Shown: positions 1 through 11,388, counted from the stretch's first letter. The stretch is DNA of 64,000 bases from Octopus bimaculoides (GCF_001194135.2 NC_068982.1:98463469-98527468), one strand, 5' to 3'. The notes: generated by a model from the letters alone, not told the origin. Program-made: numbers and translations.

Positions 1-417
1 CTGATATCTTCGTGGGCATTTCTGACTATTCCTTCTGACACATGGAGATCATGTGCAATTGACCTCATGGACTTTCTGATATTGTAATCAATGGTGTGTT
101 GAACTTGCTGGATAAATTCAGGTATTCTGATGATTCCAGAGCGTTCAAAATGTATTTTATATTTTGATACTGGTGATACGTCTCCATTTTCTGTCTCTAA
201 CTCCTTACATAACTTGTAGACAAAAGATCTGGCAAGATTTAAAAATCGAGATATTTCTAAATCGCTATGTTCAGCCTTTATAACCACAATAACACCATGC
301 CTCTTCATTTCTTGAGTAAGCTGAAGGTCTGCCATTATTATTTTCTGAAACAAAGATTTAGCAAAAGTGCAGCAATGACCCCAAAAAGGTATGTCCTCAA
401 ATACTTTACGCACCCTG
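1..417 (-). mobile_element. Tc1/mariner-superfamily DNA transposon, 5' end with degenerate transposase N-terminus (runs off the window start)
   Basis: The minus strand reads TA-CAGGGTGCG at 419-411, a typical Tc1/mariner TIR start after a TA target. From the ATG at about 335, with a frameshift, it encodes MADLQLTQE..MKRHGVIVVIKAEHSDLEISRFLNLARSFVYKL..IRIPEFIQQVQHTI..KSMRSIAHDLHVSEGIVRNAHEDI. This resembles the paired HTH region of Tc1/maT-like transposases. Confidence 0.75.
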
Positions 418-1204
418 TATATNNNNNNNNNNNNNNNNNNNNNNNNNNNNNNNNNNNNNNNNNNNNNNNNNNNNNNNNNNNNNNNNNNNNNNNNNNNNNN
501 NNNNNNNNNNNNNNNNNNNNNNNNNNNNNNNNNNNNNNNNNNNNNNNNNNNNNNNNNNNNNNNNNNNNNNNNNNNNNNNNNNNNNNNNNNNNNNNNNNNN
601 NNNNNNNNNNNNNNNNNNNNNNNNNNNNNNNNNNNNNNNNNNNNNNNNNNNNNNNNNNNNNNNNNNNNNNNNNNNNNNNNNNNNNNNNNNNNNNNNNNNN
701 NNNNNNNNNNNNNNNNNNNNNNNNNNNNNNNNNNNNNNNNNNNNNNNNNNNNNNNNNNNNNNNNNNNNNNNNNNNNNNNNNNNNNNNNNNNNNNNNNNNN
801 NNNNNNNNNNNNNNNNNNNNNNNNNNNNNNNNNNNNNNNNNNNNNNNNNNNNNNNNNNNNNNNNNNNNNNNNNNNNNNNNNNNNNNNNNNNNNNNNNNNN
901 NNNNNNNNNNNNNNNNNNNATATACATATGTATATCTATCTGTGTGTATATATATGCATGTACGTATGTAATGCATGTATCTACGTATGTATATTTCTCG
1001 CATATTTTATAATCCATTTTGTATGAAACGCTTTATACTCTGTGTAGGAATCGTTGTGGCCAATAAAGAATTGTTCCCATTGTTGTCGATTTTGCTGTTT
1101 TCGTCATTATAAGTATTTATGCTTTTGCGACTGTTGTTTTTGGTGGTGATGGTCGTGGTATGAATATTGTTCATATTAATATTTTGCTATTGATATATTA
1201 CTGT

Positions 1205-1702
1205 TTATTATCATCACGATGAAGACCTCCACCACGATTATAATCATCATCATATCCATCCTCCTTCTATTTCTCATCCTCCTTCTCATCATCATCCTCG
1301 TCAGCATCAGCAGCAGCAACAGCAGCAGCAGCACCACCACCACCACCACCACCACCACCACTACCCCAATCACTACCACCACCATCACCACCATCATCAT
1401 CATCATCATCATCATCATTACCACCACCACCACCGCCACCGCCACACCACGACCACCATCACAACCACGACTCTAACCACTACCCCACCACTACCACCAC
1501 GATTATCATCACCATCATCATCACCATCCTCATCCTCATCGTCGTCGTCGTCGTCGTCGTTCCCATCATCCTCTTTTTCATCACCATCAGCAGCAGCAGC
1601 ACCCTATCATCATTATTATCATTATCATCATTCCCACCATCCTCTTCATCATTATCATCATCATCGTCATCATCATCGTCATCATCATCGTCATCATCAT
1701 CG

Positions 1703-1768
<66 letters not shown>

Positions 1769-1795
1769 CCATCACTGTTATCCCTATCGCCATTA
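1205..1795. repeat. Compound trinucleotide microsatellite (CAT/CAC/CAG/CGT)n
   Basis: Direct tandem repeats; the overlapping poly-I/T/M ORFs are by-products. Confidence 0.95.
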
Positions 1796-2039
1796 ATATT
1801 ATTCCATAGTTACGTATATGGTTCGACTCTTAACACCAGGTGCATCCAATGGATCCTCAGGTGTTTGTACCGTTGTTATTTTTTTGTTGTTGTTGATGAT
1901 TAGATTACAGATAATTCTGCATCTTTCGATTTGATTTCTTTTTTTCTTTTTTCATTTTATATATAATATTGCTATTGTTGTTGTTGTTGTTGTTGTTAAT
2001 TGTTATTATGATGCTGTTGCTGCAAAATGTTATTTTAGT

Positions 2040-2340
2040 GTTATGATATTTTATTGATAGCATCAGATGCAGTCGGTAGAATATTTGAGTCATGTTACTG
2101 TATTGAGGAGAAGATTATGTATAGCATATGTTCTGTGCCCAGCGGGGCTATTATTTTGATTGTAAGTAACGATGCAGGAACCTGCTAGGGTGATTATAGT
2201 TTTCCAAATGTTCCTTCCTATCATACCCAGTGATCTACTTATTATCGATACAGCCTCCATAGTCTTATTCTTCTTTTCCATCTTGCTTATTTCAATTTCA
2301 AGTTCTCGTACATTGATTATCTTTACTCTCTCTTCAACAC
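2040..2340 (-). mobile_element. Degenerate 3' end of an RLE-type non-LTR retrotransposon (R4/Dong-like)
   Basis: Minus-strand translation with frameshifts gives ..RELEIEISKM..TMEAVSIISRSLGMI..(Q)IIAPLGTEHML..SIQ*. This matches the RLE C-terminal pattern KYKDLEIEI..W..IPIIVGALGMI..IQKIALLGTAHIL. The CAATACAGTAAC stop context also occurs at 30129. Confidence 0.65.
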
Positions 2341-2374
2341 TTTCTTTTGCTTATCTCACTCTGCTTCTCTTTCT

Positions 2375-2381
2375 CTCTTTC

Positions 2382-2428
<47 letters not shown>
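2375..2428. repeat. (CT)n microsatellite
   Basis: Direct repeat. Confidence 0.95.
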
Positions 2429-2432
<4 letters not shown>

Positions 2433-2639
2433 CATCCTATTCTGTCTCTCGTATGCCCACTTTTTCTCTTCCATCTCTTGTTTCCACTACACCTGCCCCA
2501 CTCTCTCTATACACACATATATATGTATATGTGAGTGTGTTTATGTGTGCGTGGGTGTGTGTGCGTGCGTGCGTGCGTGAGTGTGTATAAATATGCATGC
2601 ATGTATTCGTAAATATATATATATATATATATATATACT

Positions 2640-2875
2640 TTATTAAAAAGCAGTAAAAATATCACAAAAACTTTTACACAGAGTTTCACGTTCCCGTTCG
2701 TCGGACAGTTTTGCTTAGATTCTAAACAAAACTATCCCACGAATGGGAACGTGAAACCCTGAGTAACAGTTTTTGTGATATATTTGCTGATTCTTAATGA
2801 AGCATATTTCTCTACCTCTGGTATTCGAGTGCTATTTTTTCCACCTTGTTTCCCATTTATGTGCTTACTCTGGTG
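2640..2875. mobile_element. Foldback (long hairpin) non-autonomous element next to (TA)n
   Basis: Arms about 2640-2713 and 2727-2801 are imperfect reverse complements (ATATCACAAAAAC..GTTTCACGTTCCCGTTCGTCGGACAGTTTTG / CAAAACTATCCCACGAATGGGAACGTGAAAC..GTTTTTGTGATAT) around a 13-nt loop. Confidence 0.65.
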
Positions 2876-2894
2876 TATGTATGTGTATGTGTAT

Positions 2895-5870
2895 GTTGGG
2901 TGGCCATTGACTGTTCAGGAGTTCTCCGCCCTTTGACGGGTCTTATTTTTCATCATGCACGGTGTCCAAGAACACCCTCCTCACCAGGCAAGCCTGGTAG
3001 GATTACCAGTTTAGTCGCCGACGACCCGACCATGCGACAAGTCGTACTGGATGACATGTTACCAGTAGCACTCAAGAGTGACCTGGATGCACCCAAGATC
3101 TAAGCACTGGCATCTCATAGATTATATTCTGATCAGAAAACGTGATATGAAAGACGTTTCTAGATTTCGGGCCATGAGAGAGGCAGAGAGCTGGACTGAC
3201 GATCGTCTAGTGCGTGGAAAAATAAATTTTTCGATAATGCCTAAAAATTGACAGCCTGATTCTAAGGTACCCAAAAAGTCCAATGTTGCAAACTTTAAAT
3301 TATCAAGCAACTTGCAAAGATTCCACGGTGCTAGGGAAAGTATCAATCTTGACCCAAACATTCTATGGGAAGATTTCAAAACAAAAGTGTTTCAGGCTGC
3401 AAGTTCGTCTGTGGGATTTAAATCACATAAGTCCAGTGACTGGTTCTCAGATAGATCAGCAGAAATTCATGATCTACTTTTAGAAAAACAAAACTTAGGC
3501 AATATACTTCTTTCTCAGTCTTTGAACCCCAATTCAAACAAAGCTTACAGAAAGCTGAAAAGGGAAAGTGCAGACTTCTCTAGGGAAAATTAAACAGAAC
3601 TGGTGGAATGATAGAGCAAAAGGGGCACGAGAAGCAGCTGATAGAAATGATGCCAAGGGTTTGTACTCTTATGTTAAGGAGGTATATGGCCCAAACTCCT
3701 CTTCAACAGCTCCAGTGAGAACAGCAAATGGACGTTTGCTTGTGACTGACACCGCTTCTATTCATAAGCACTGGATAGAACATTTTTCTACACTTTTGAA
3801 TAGACATTCAACCGCTGATATGAGGACAAAAGAAGAAATCGAACACCTTCCAGTTATAAAAAAATGGCATTTCAACCAACTCTAAATGACATTTATTTAG
3901 CTGTGAATAAGCTGAATAACAATCAGTTTCCAGGGTCTGATGGAATCTGTGCTGAAGTTTTGAAATATGGGGATGACAAAATGTTTTGAACTCTTAAATA
4001 TATTAATTTGTCACTGTTGGAGAACTGAGAAAGTGCTTAAAGACTGGATTGAGGCCATTTTAGTCTCCTTGTATAAATCGGGGCCAAAGGGTCTGTGTGG
4101 TAATTTTCGTGGAATTTCGCTTTTGTCTGTAGTTGGAAAGGTACTTGCTCGTATTTTGTTAGAACGTTTAAATACCTTCATTGTTCCAAATATAGTGTCT
4201 GAGTCTCAGTGTGGTTTTTGTTCCTCCAGGGGCACAGCTGATTGTATCTTTACTATCAGACAATTACAAGAAAGTGCATTGAACAGAATCTTGCGCTATT
4301 CCATTGCTTTGTTAATTTGAGCGAAGAATTCGATACTGTTAATCGAAATACTCTGTGGCTAATTCTAAGAAAAATAGGTTGCCCAGAAAAATTTATGAAT
4401 ATGATCAGGGCTTTGCATCAAGATATGAAAGCTAGAGTTAACTTTGGTGGTAGGCTCTGAATCTTTTGCCGTGGAAAATGGAGTAAAGCAAAGAGACCTT
4501 GATGCACCCACCCTCTTATACTTTGCTGTGTTGTCTCATACTTTTCAAAACTTTGAGGAGGGTATTTACATAAAATATCGAACAACGAGGAATATTTTTA
4601 ATCTAATCAGACTGAAATTCAAAACGAAGATTTTTACTTCACTCATTAGGATTGCGAAGCAGGATTCTGAAACAGGTCTGCAATCTCTTGTATCTGCACT
4701 TGACTCAGCTTGTGATGATTTTGGCTTGACCATCAACTTGGAAAAGACAGTTGTAATGCATCAACCTGCGTGTGGTGCTGTTTGTAACTCCGCTAAAATT
4801 TTTGTTAAGGGGAAGTTACTTGAGTTTGTCGATTCGTTCATCTACCTTGGAAGCTCTGTAAAAAATTATGGAAATCTTGATACAGAAATACATCTGCGAA
4901 TTCAAAGGGCAGCAAAAGCATTTGATGGATTGGAGTCACGCGTTTGGTGCCAACGACATATAAATAAGAATACAAAGCTGGCTCTTTACAAATCATTTGT
5001 CTTACCATCCCTGTTGTATTCTTGTGAAACATGGACTTGTTATGAATGGCATTTTAAATTGTTAGAACAATTCCACCAAAAATGCCTTTATTGTATTTTA
5101 AACATTAAATGGAATTCTTTTACTGAAAACACAGATGTCCTTGCATCTTCAGGCATCACCTCAATTAAAGCTACGATTTTGAGGAACCAAATGAGATGAT
5201 GTGGCCATATTTTTCGAATGGCGGATGAACGCATGCAGAAACAGCTGTTTTATGGTGAACTTGAAGAGGGGAAATGCTATAGGTGTAAACCTAAAAAAGG
5301 GTTTAAGGAAGGCATAAGGACTACTATGAAGTCACTTGAAATGGATCCAGAAAACATAGAAACCCTTGCTTCGGATCGAGTTGGATGGCGAAGAAAAGTG
5401 TGGAGTGGAGTGAAAGCGTTTGAAGAGGCCAGGATAACGCAAGTAAGACTCAAAAGAGATCTAAGGAAGAATGTTACAACCGAGAAGGTGAATCACAATG
5501 ATCTTTTTGCGTGCGCAGTTTGTGACAGCTCATGCCTTTCTTTTGCTGGCCTCAAATCTCATCTGCGAACGCATGGAAAACGAACTTCCACCAACTATTC
5601 TGCCTATATGTATGTGCACACCTTTGAATGCAGTGTATTCCAGAAGGTTTGCAAATCTAACGGGGGCCTCAAAAGACATTTTAAGATCCACAAAGATCAG
5701 AATTTATCTGCAGCTCTTGGTGGTCCAAATCGGATTTGCGATCTATGTGGGTGACTTTTCAGAACATTGTCTGGTTTAAAAAGCCACATCAGATACCAGA
5801 ATGGTTCTAAGGGGTAGGTACAGGAAGTGGTCAAACTCTACATAAGGATTAGACAACCACCATATATACC
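2895..5870 (+). mobile_element. RTE (BovB-like) LINE, degenerate and internally deleted; APE C-terminus + RT + C-terminal C2H2 fingers
   Basis: Frameshifted fragments: TWMHPRSKHWHLIDYILIRKRD..AESWTDDRLVR (APE end), WWNDRAK, GNFRGISLLSVVGKVLARILLERL, ESQCGF..RGTADCIFTIRQLQE, FDTVNR..GCPEKF, NGVKQRDLDAPTL, FIYLGS, LLYSCETWT, MADERMQKQLFYGEL. All are hallmark RTE-clade motifs. Multiple stops and frameshifts are present. Confidence 0.93.
3083..5817 (+). pseudogene. Disrupted RTE ORF (endonuclease-reverse transcriptase pseudogene)
   Basis: The ORF-track pieces 3312-3593, 3568-3885, 3967-4320, 4242-4460, 4444-5199 and 5218-5754 are consecutive frameshifted parts of one polyprotein. The (Y/F)ADD catalytic motif is absent near 4650. 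Confidence 0.9.
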
Positions 5871-5886
5871 ATATGTCTATATATAT

Positions 5887-6175
5887 ATAAACAATTATAA
5901 ATAAGGGCAAAAGATATAATTTCCATGCTAATATTCTGAGAAATAGACTTTAAATCGTCAATCACCACATACAATATACATCACTATGAGTACACGGTCT
6001 GCTGAAATCGAGGAGATAACGCGTTTTAAAAAAATTCCGTTAACTTGCTTTCCTCGAACGTGTATTCATAGTGATGTATATTGCATGTGGTTATTGACGA
6101 TTTAAAGTCTATTTCTCAGCATATTGGCATAGAAATTTTTCCTTTTGCCCTTTTTTATAATTGTTTATAATTTTC
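5887..6175. mobile_element. Foldback/MITE-like element with about 110-bp inverted arms, at a (TA)n tract
   Basis: Left arm ATAAACAATTATAAATAAGGGCAAAA..CTGAGAAATAGACTTTAAATCGTCAATCACCACATACAATATACATCACTATGAGTACACG (about 5887-5997). Right arm CGTGTATTCATAGTGATGTATATTGCATGTGGTTATTGACGATTTAAAGTCTATTTCTCAG..TTTTGCCCTTTTTTATAATTGTTTAT (about 6059-6170). Confidence 0.8.
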
Positions 6176-6264
6176 ACCTTTAAAAGTATTTTAATATGCT
6201 GGCCACTTGATGAAATTTAGAAAAAATTTTTTTTTCCTATATTAGAAGTATATATATATATATG

Positions 6265-6314
<50 letters not shown>

Positions 6315-6652
6315 CATACATATGTATATACATATATGCATAGACACACACACTCGCATGCATACACGCGCACACACATACACACACACGTATACCTACT
6401 TCTACTTGGACTTGCAGCGGGGTGGGTTTTGAGACACCTCCGACCTGCTCGGTGTTTCAGTGGGTAATACGAATTCACATGTGGTCCCCAGTCATATGTG
6501 TACACAGTTTGGAATATTGTGGCCCGAGCAGATGTAGCCTGGGTTCAAAGTGGGTTCTAGAGACATGATTTAACATAAGCGAAGGGTTGTCTCACTCCCA
6601 GTGGTCTTTCAGCACGCCGAGCACTAATCCAGAATTTCTGAGAGCATATGTA

Positions 6653-7543
6653 CGGTCTGATCAATAAGTATCCGGGTTGTTGCAATAGAAACGAATATAA
6701 AGCACGCAGAGTGAAGCCGCTTGGCAACGATTGATCTTGAACTCTTCTGTGCATGCACACTAAGTTTTAATGTTCTAGCTTACGTCCACTGTTTACAGAC
6801 AGCAGTGCTTGAAAGGAAGGTATGTAGCTTGTGTGATCGTCGCATTGACCATGACAGAGAAAGTTGTCATGGCGATACTTGCTCAGAGGCCTACGCAATG
6901 TTGCAGAAAGTGTATGGAGAGGAGTGTATGAGCTGCACACAAACGTACGAGCGGTTCAGGCGTTTCCAAGATGGCCGAAAAAATGTCGATATTGACGAAC
7001 GTTCTGGGAGACCCGTAACTAGCAGAACTGAGAAAAACATCGCAGATGTGCATGCAGCTGTAAGAGGAAATCGTCGAATCACCATTCATGAGTTATCAGA
7101 GGATGTGCGGATTAGTTAAGGTTCAGTTCAGTCCATTATCTTTGGATATGAGATGCGTGTCTGTTAAGTTTGAGCCAAAACTGCTTTCAGTTGACCAAAA
7201 AGACACTCGGGTTTCAGTTGCACAAGATCTCCTTGATTGTGTCGAGAACGATGAAAACTTTTTGAAAACTTTGCTTAGGCCTCTGAGCGGGTATCGTCAA
7301 GCCTTTGGCAAAATTTGATGCAGATTCTCTGCTCAACTTTCTCTGTCATGGTCAATGTGACGATCACACGCTACATACCTTCCTTCCAAGCACTGCTGTA
7401 AACAGTGGAAGTGAGCTATAACGTTAAAACTTAGTGCGCATGTACAGTAGAGTTCAAGATCAATTTGTGCCAAGCAGCTTTACGTTGCGTGGTTTAGTTT
7501 CGTTACTATGGTGACAGTCCGGATACTTATTGATCAGACCATG
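6653..7543 (+). mobile_element. Non-autonomous mariner element (transposase N-terminal half only) with long inverted ends
   Basis: TIR (C/T)GGTCTGATCAATAAGTATCCGG at both ends with flanking TA. The internal fragment reads TCSEAYAMLQKVYGEECMS..RRFQDGRKNVDIDERSGRPVTS..NRRITIHELSE..VKFEPKLLS (mariner HTH region and WVPxxL-like motif). There is no DD34D catalytic domain. Confidence 0.9.
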
Positions 7544-8603
7544 TATATAAATGTATGTACGCACACAAACACACACACACACACACACACATTCTCATGC
7601 ACACACATACACACGCACGCTCACGCGCGCATACACATGCGCATAGAAAATCATGCACACACATATACATGCATGCACACTAGAGTACACACACACACAT
7701 ATACATGCATGCACACTAGAGTACACACACACACATGCACATGTATATTAGTGGCGTCAAGTGTATGATTGCAATGAATAATCATGACTGCAAATAACAA
7801 ATCCAATCTTAGTCTTATATTGTTTCGAGACAACTTCAAAACCCAACTTTACTGATATGATTTTAATTTTTAAAAGAAAAATTTCTAAAGGAAGATGAAA
7901 CATTGTCAAATTAAACACAAGACATCACTCGTCTTCAGGTTTAATATAGTGGTTTCCAGTATTTTACACAAGTGGACCCTTTTAGTAAATCAATAATCCC
8001 CACGACCTCCTTTGATTTATATATANNNNNNNNNNNNNNNNNNNNNNNNNNNNNNNNNNNNNNNNNNNNNNNNNNNNNNNNNNNNNNNNNNNNNNNNNNN
8101 NNNNNNNNNNNNNNNNNNNNNNNNNNNNNNNNNNNNNNNNNNNNNNNNNNNNNNNNNNNNNNNNNNNNNNNNNNNNNNNNNNNNNNNNNNNNNNNNNNNN
8201 NNNNNNNNNNNNNNNNNNNNNNNNNNNNNNNNNNNNNNNNNNNNNNNNNNNNNNNNNNNNNNNNNNNNNNNNNNNNNNNNNNNNNNNNNNNNNNNNNNNN
8301 NNNNNNNNNNNNNNNNNNNNNNNNNNNNNNNNNNNNNNNNNNNNNNNNNNNNNNNNNNNNNNNNNNNNNNNNNNNNNNNNNNNNNNNNNNNNNNNNNNNN
8401 NNNNNNNNNNNNNNNNNNNNNNNNNNNNNNNNNNNNNNNNNNNNNNNNNNNNNNNNNNNNNNNNNNNNNNNNNNNNNNNNNNNNNNNNNNNNNNNNNNNN
8501 NNNNNNNNNNNNNNNNNNNNNNNNNNNNNNNNNNNNNNNNNNNNNNNNNNNNNNNNNNNNNNNNNNNNNNNNNNNNNNNNNNNNNNNNNNNNNNNNNTAT
8601 ATT

Positions 8604-8982
8604 GTGGAGGCGCAATGGCCCAGTGGTTAGGGCAGCGGACTCGCGGTCGTAGGATCGCGGCTTCGATTCCCAGACCGGGCGTTGTGAGTGTTTATTGAGC
8701 GAAAACACCCAAAAGCTCCACGAGGCTCCGGCAGGGGATGGTGGCGAACCCTGCTGTACTCTTCCACTACAACTTTCTCTCACTCTTACTTCCTGTTTCT
8801 GTTGTGCCTGTAATTCAAAGGGTCAGCCTTGTCACATTGTGTCACGCTGAATATCCCCGAGAACTACGTTAAGAGTACACATGTCTGTGGAATGCTCAGC
8901 CACTTGCACGTTAATTTCACGAGCAGGCTGTTCCGTTGATCGGATCAACTGGAACCCTCGACGTCGTAAGTGACGGAGTGCC
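8604..8982 (+). mobile_element. tRNA-derived SINE, type A (full length)
   Basis: A box TGGCCCAGTGG, B box-like GCTTCGATTCC, body ending CGTCGTAAGTGACGGAGTGCC. Near-identical copies lie at 33785, 37654, 42340, 52150 and 58244. Confidence 0.92.
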
Positions 8983-8986
8983 AGAA

Positions 8987-9052
8987 TATATTATATTATA
9001 GTATATTATATTATTATATATTATGTTATATTATTATATTATATTATATCAT
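8987..9052. repeat. (ATATT)n pentanucleotide repeat
   Basis: Direct repeat. Confidence 0.85.
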
Positions 9053-9814
9053 ATTTACGTCCGTATACCTATTTTATGACTGCTTTGATGTCATTAAAAA
9101 CCGCCTGTCCAGCTTTTATATTAGGTTCTTGGTTCGGTCTGAGCACTAATTGTGTATATGTACTGTATGCCTTTTCTCGACGTATTCCTACTCATTACAA
9201 ATTATTCATGAATATTTCCAAGGAAAAGATTTTGTCATCGCGACCCTTTCAAAATTATACCACGGCCTTTACGATAGGTACGGCTGATTTAGAACGAGAT
9301 TTAATATATATTCTCCTACAATTTTAATTAAGGCAATTATTCGACGATGTATCGCAGGATTTTTGTCGCTTATTGTTACGCTTGCAACAACAGTTGATTG
9401 ATTAACTGTGGATAACATATAGTTTGCATGCAGTCTAATTAGTGAAATTATGCCTTCTACTATTGTTAACCTGAATAAGACTCAATAAGATCCACATTGC
9501 GAATGTTTTCTAGAGATTTTCATTCCATATTTAGCTTAGAGCATGATTAATTGTTTTCTTATTCTTAATTAAGTGTTCTATTTTAGTGAGAACTGGAACT
9601 TTACTTTCTAGTTAACGTTGAACATTCACAGCAGAAAGATTTCGATGAGGATTAGAAGACAGGTCAGAGTCGAAACGTTAGTGAATAGTAAAACATCGCG
9701 TGAAAAAGAATATGCATGGGTGGGATTCGAGGAATTTTGTTGGTGTTTCACGAAGTTACAATGGGAGCTAAAGAAAGTTACTCATATTCATATGTAAGTT
9801 AACATCAGCTTAAA

Positions 9815-9974
9815 CTGATGATGATAATGATGATGATGATGTTGATAATGATGAGGAGGAGGAGGAGGAAGAGGAGGCAAAAGAGTTGAAGTAGAGAATT
9901 TTGATGAGACGTGAAATGAAAATAAAGAGGAAGATGTAGATTCCTTGTTGTGGATGAGGATGATTATGGCCTCC

Positions 9975-10008
<34 letters not shown>

Positions 10009-10304
10009 CGACGATGGCGATGATGACGATGATCAGGAGGAGGAGGAAGAAGAAGACTGCACCGTCGCCGCCTACTCCGCTGCCAATGACGACGACATAG
10101 ACGACGACGACGATGATGATGATGATGACGGTCGTGACGATGATGACAATGATGACGACAGTGATGATGACAATGACGATGATGATGATGATGATGACGA
10201 TGACAATCATGACGACGATGACAATCATGACGACGACGACGTCAATGATGATGATGATGATGATGATGACGATCATGGTGACGACGATGGTGATGATAAC
10301 GATA

Positions 10305-10346
<42 letters not shown>

Positions 10347-10502
10347 GCGCGGACGACGATCATGACGTCGACGACGATGACAGCGACGACGACGGCAGTG
10401 ACGACGACAACGACGATATGGACGACGATGACGACGACGATGACGATGACGATGATGATGATGATGATGATGATAACGACAACGCCACAGCGACGACGAC
10501 GA
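9815..10502. repeat. (GAT/GAC/GAG)n compound microsatellite
   Basis: In-phase trinucleotide mosaic. The poly-Asp ORF 9950-10528 is its translation. Confidence 0.95.
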
Positions 10503-11039
10503 TATGGTGTGGTAAAGCTGGAAATTAGAGTAGCATGTCTCCTGAGGTGATTGGAGAGATTCAGAGGAGACTTAAGCGTATAATTTTTAATAAGAGAAGC
10601 TCTCTCTTATGCTAATAGATTCGGCTGGCCCGAAATATAAAAGTCGCCTCATTAATGACCTCATCTGACATGTGGTCAACCGTAAATATCATGTCAGAGA
10701 ACTGAGAAATAAGATGTGTAAGATGTAATTAATGAAATTAATCAAAACCAATTATGTATACGGTATTAGTTAAGCGTTGCATCGTTCTACTTCTTCCTTA
10801 CCATTGACTGATGCCATTACAAGTTATCGCTTACGATCCGGTTTGAATTTCCGGTAGAAACCAATTTCATTCACTTAAGCTGTTACACTCCTGGAAGAGA
10901 TGTATTTACTGGCGCGAGTTGACTATTAAAACAATAAAACCACTCATTTGCAGCACCAATGGATGCGTCTTTTGTGTGGTTATTTTTTCAAAGTGCTGGG
11001 TTTATTATGGTGCAAATGGTAAATTGCAATTTATTTTTT

Positions 11040-11118
11040 AATAATCTTTAATCTTTAATCTTTAATCTTTAACTAGTTTCAGCTTGAAAGCTGCGGTAAT
11101 GCTGGAGCACTACCGTTG
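11040..11118 (-). mobile_element. SINE type C 3'-end fragment with (TTTAATC)n tail
   Basis: GTTTCAG..GCTGCGG..ATGCTGGAGCAC matches the reverse complement of the type C 3' end. Confidence 0.6.
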
Positions 11119-11362
11119 GATTTGCTACACCTTCATTATTTGAGACCTTCTCTGATGTGTGGCATTTGCTGAATGTGGAAGTTTGATGCCGCTGTCCTCA
11201 TCTGTGTTTCTTGCCGTGACGTAGGCTCATCCAGAACCCTTGACGGGAGGAGCTCCAGTTTTGTTTTGAAGGCACCCACATTGTCACCAAGCAGTACAAT
11301 TGATTGGTTGCACTTAGAGCATCAGTTATCCCTATTCCGGCCATGTGTCTATGTTACATACT

Positions 11363-11388
11363 GTTATTATTATTATTATTATTATTAC

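Noticed and set aside
8604-8680. tRNA gene calls for SINE heads
   Set aside because: A and B boxes are present, but the acceptor and anticodon stems do not pair. Each head continues into a shared SINE body with a tail and TSD.
9950-10528. 192-aa poly-Asp ORF (biomineralisation-like acidic protein)
   Set aside because: It is a pure (GAT/GAC)n microsatellite that is also open in other frames and on the other strand. It has no signal peptide or splice support.
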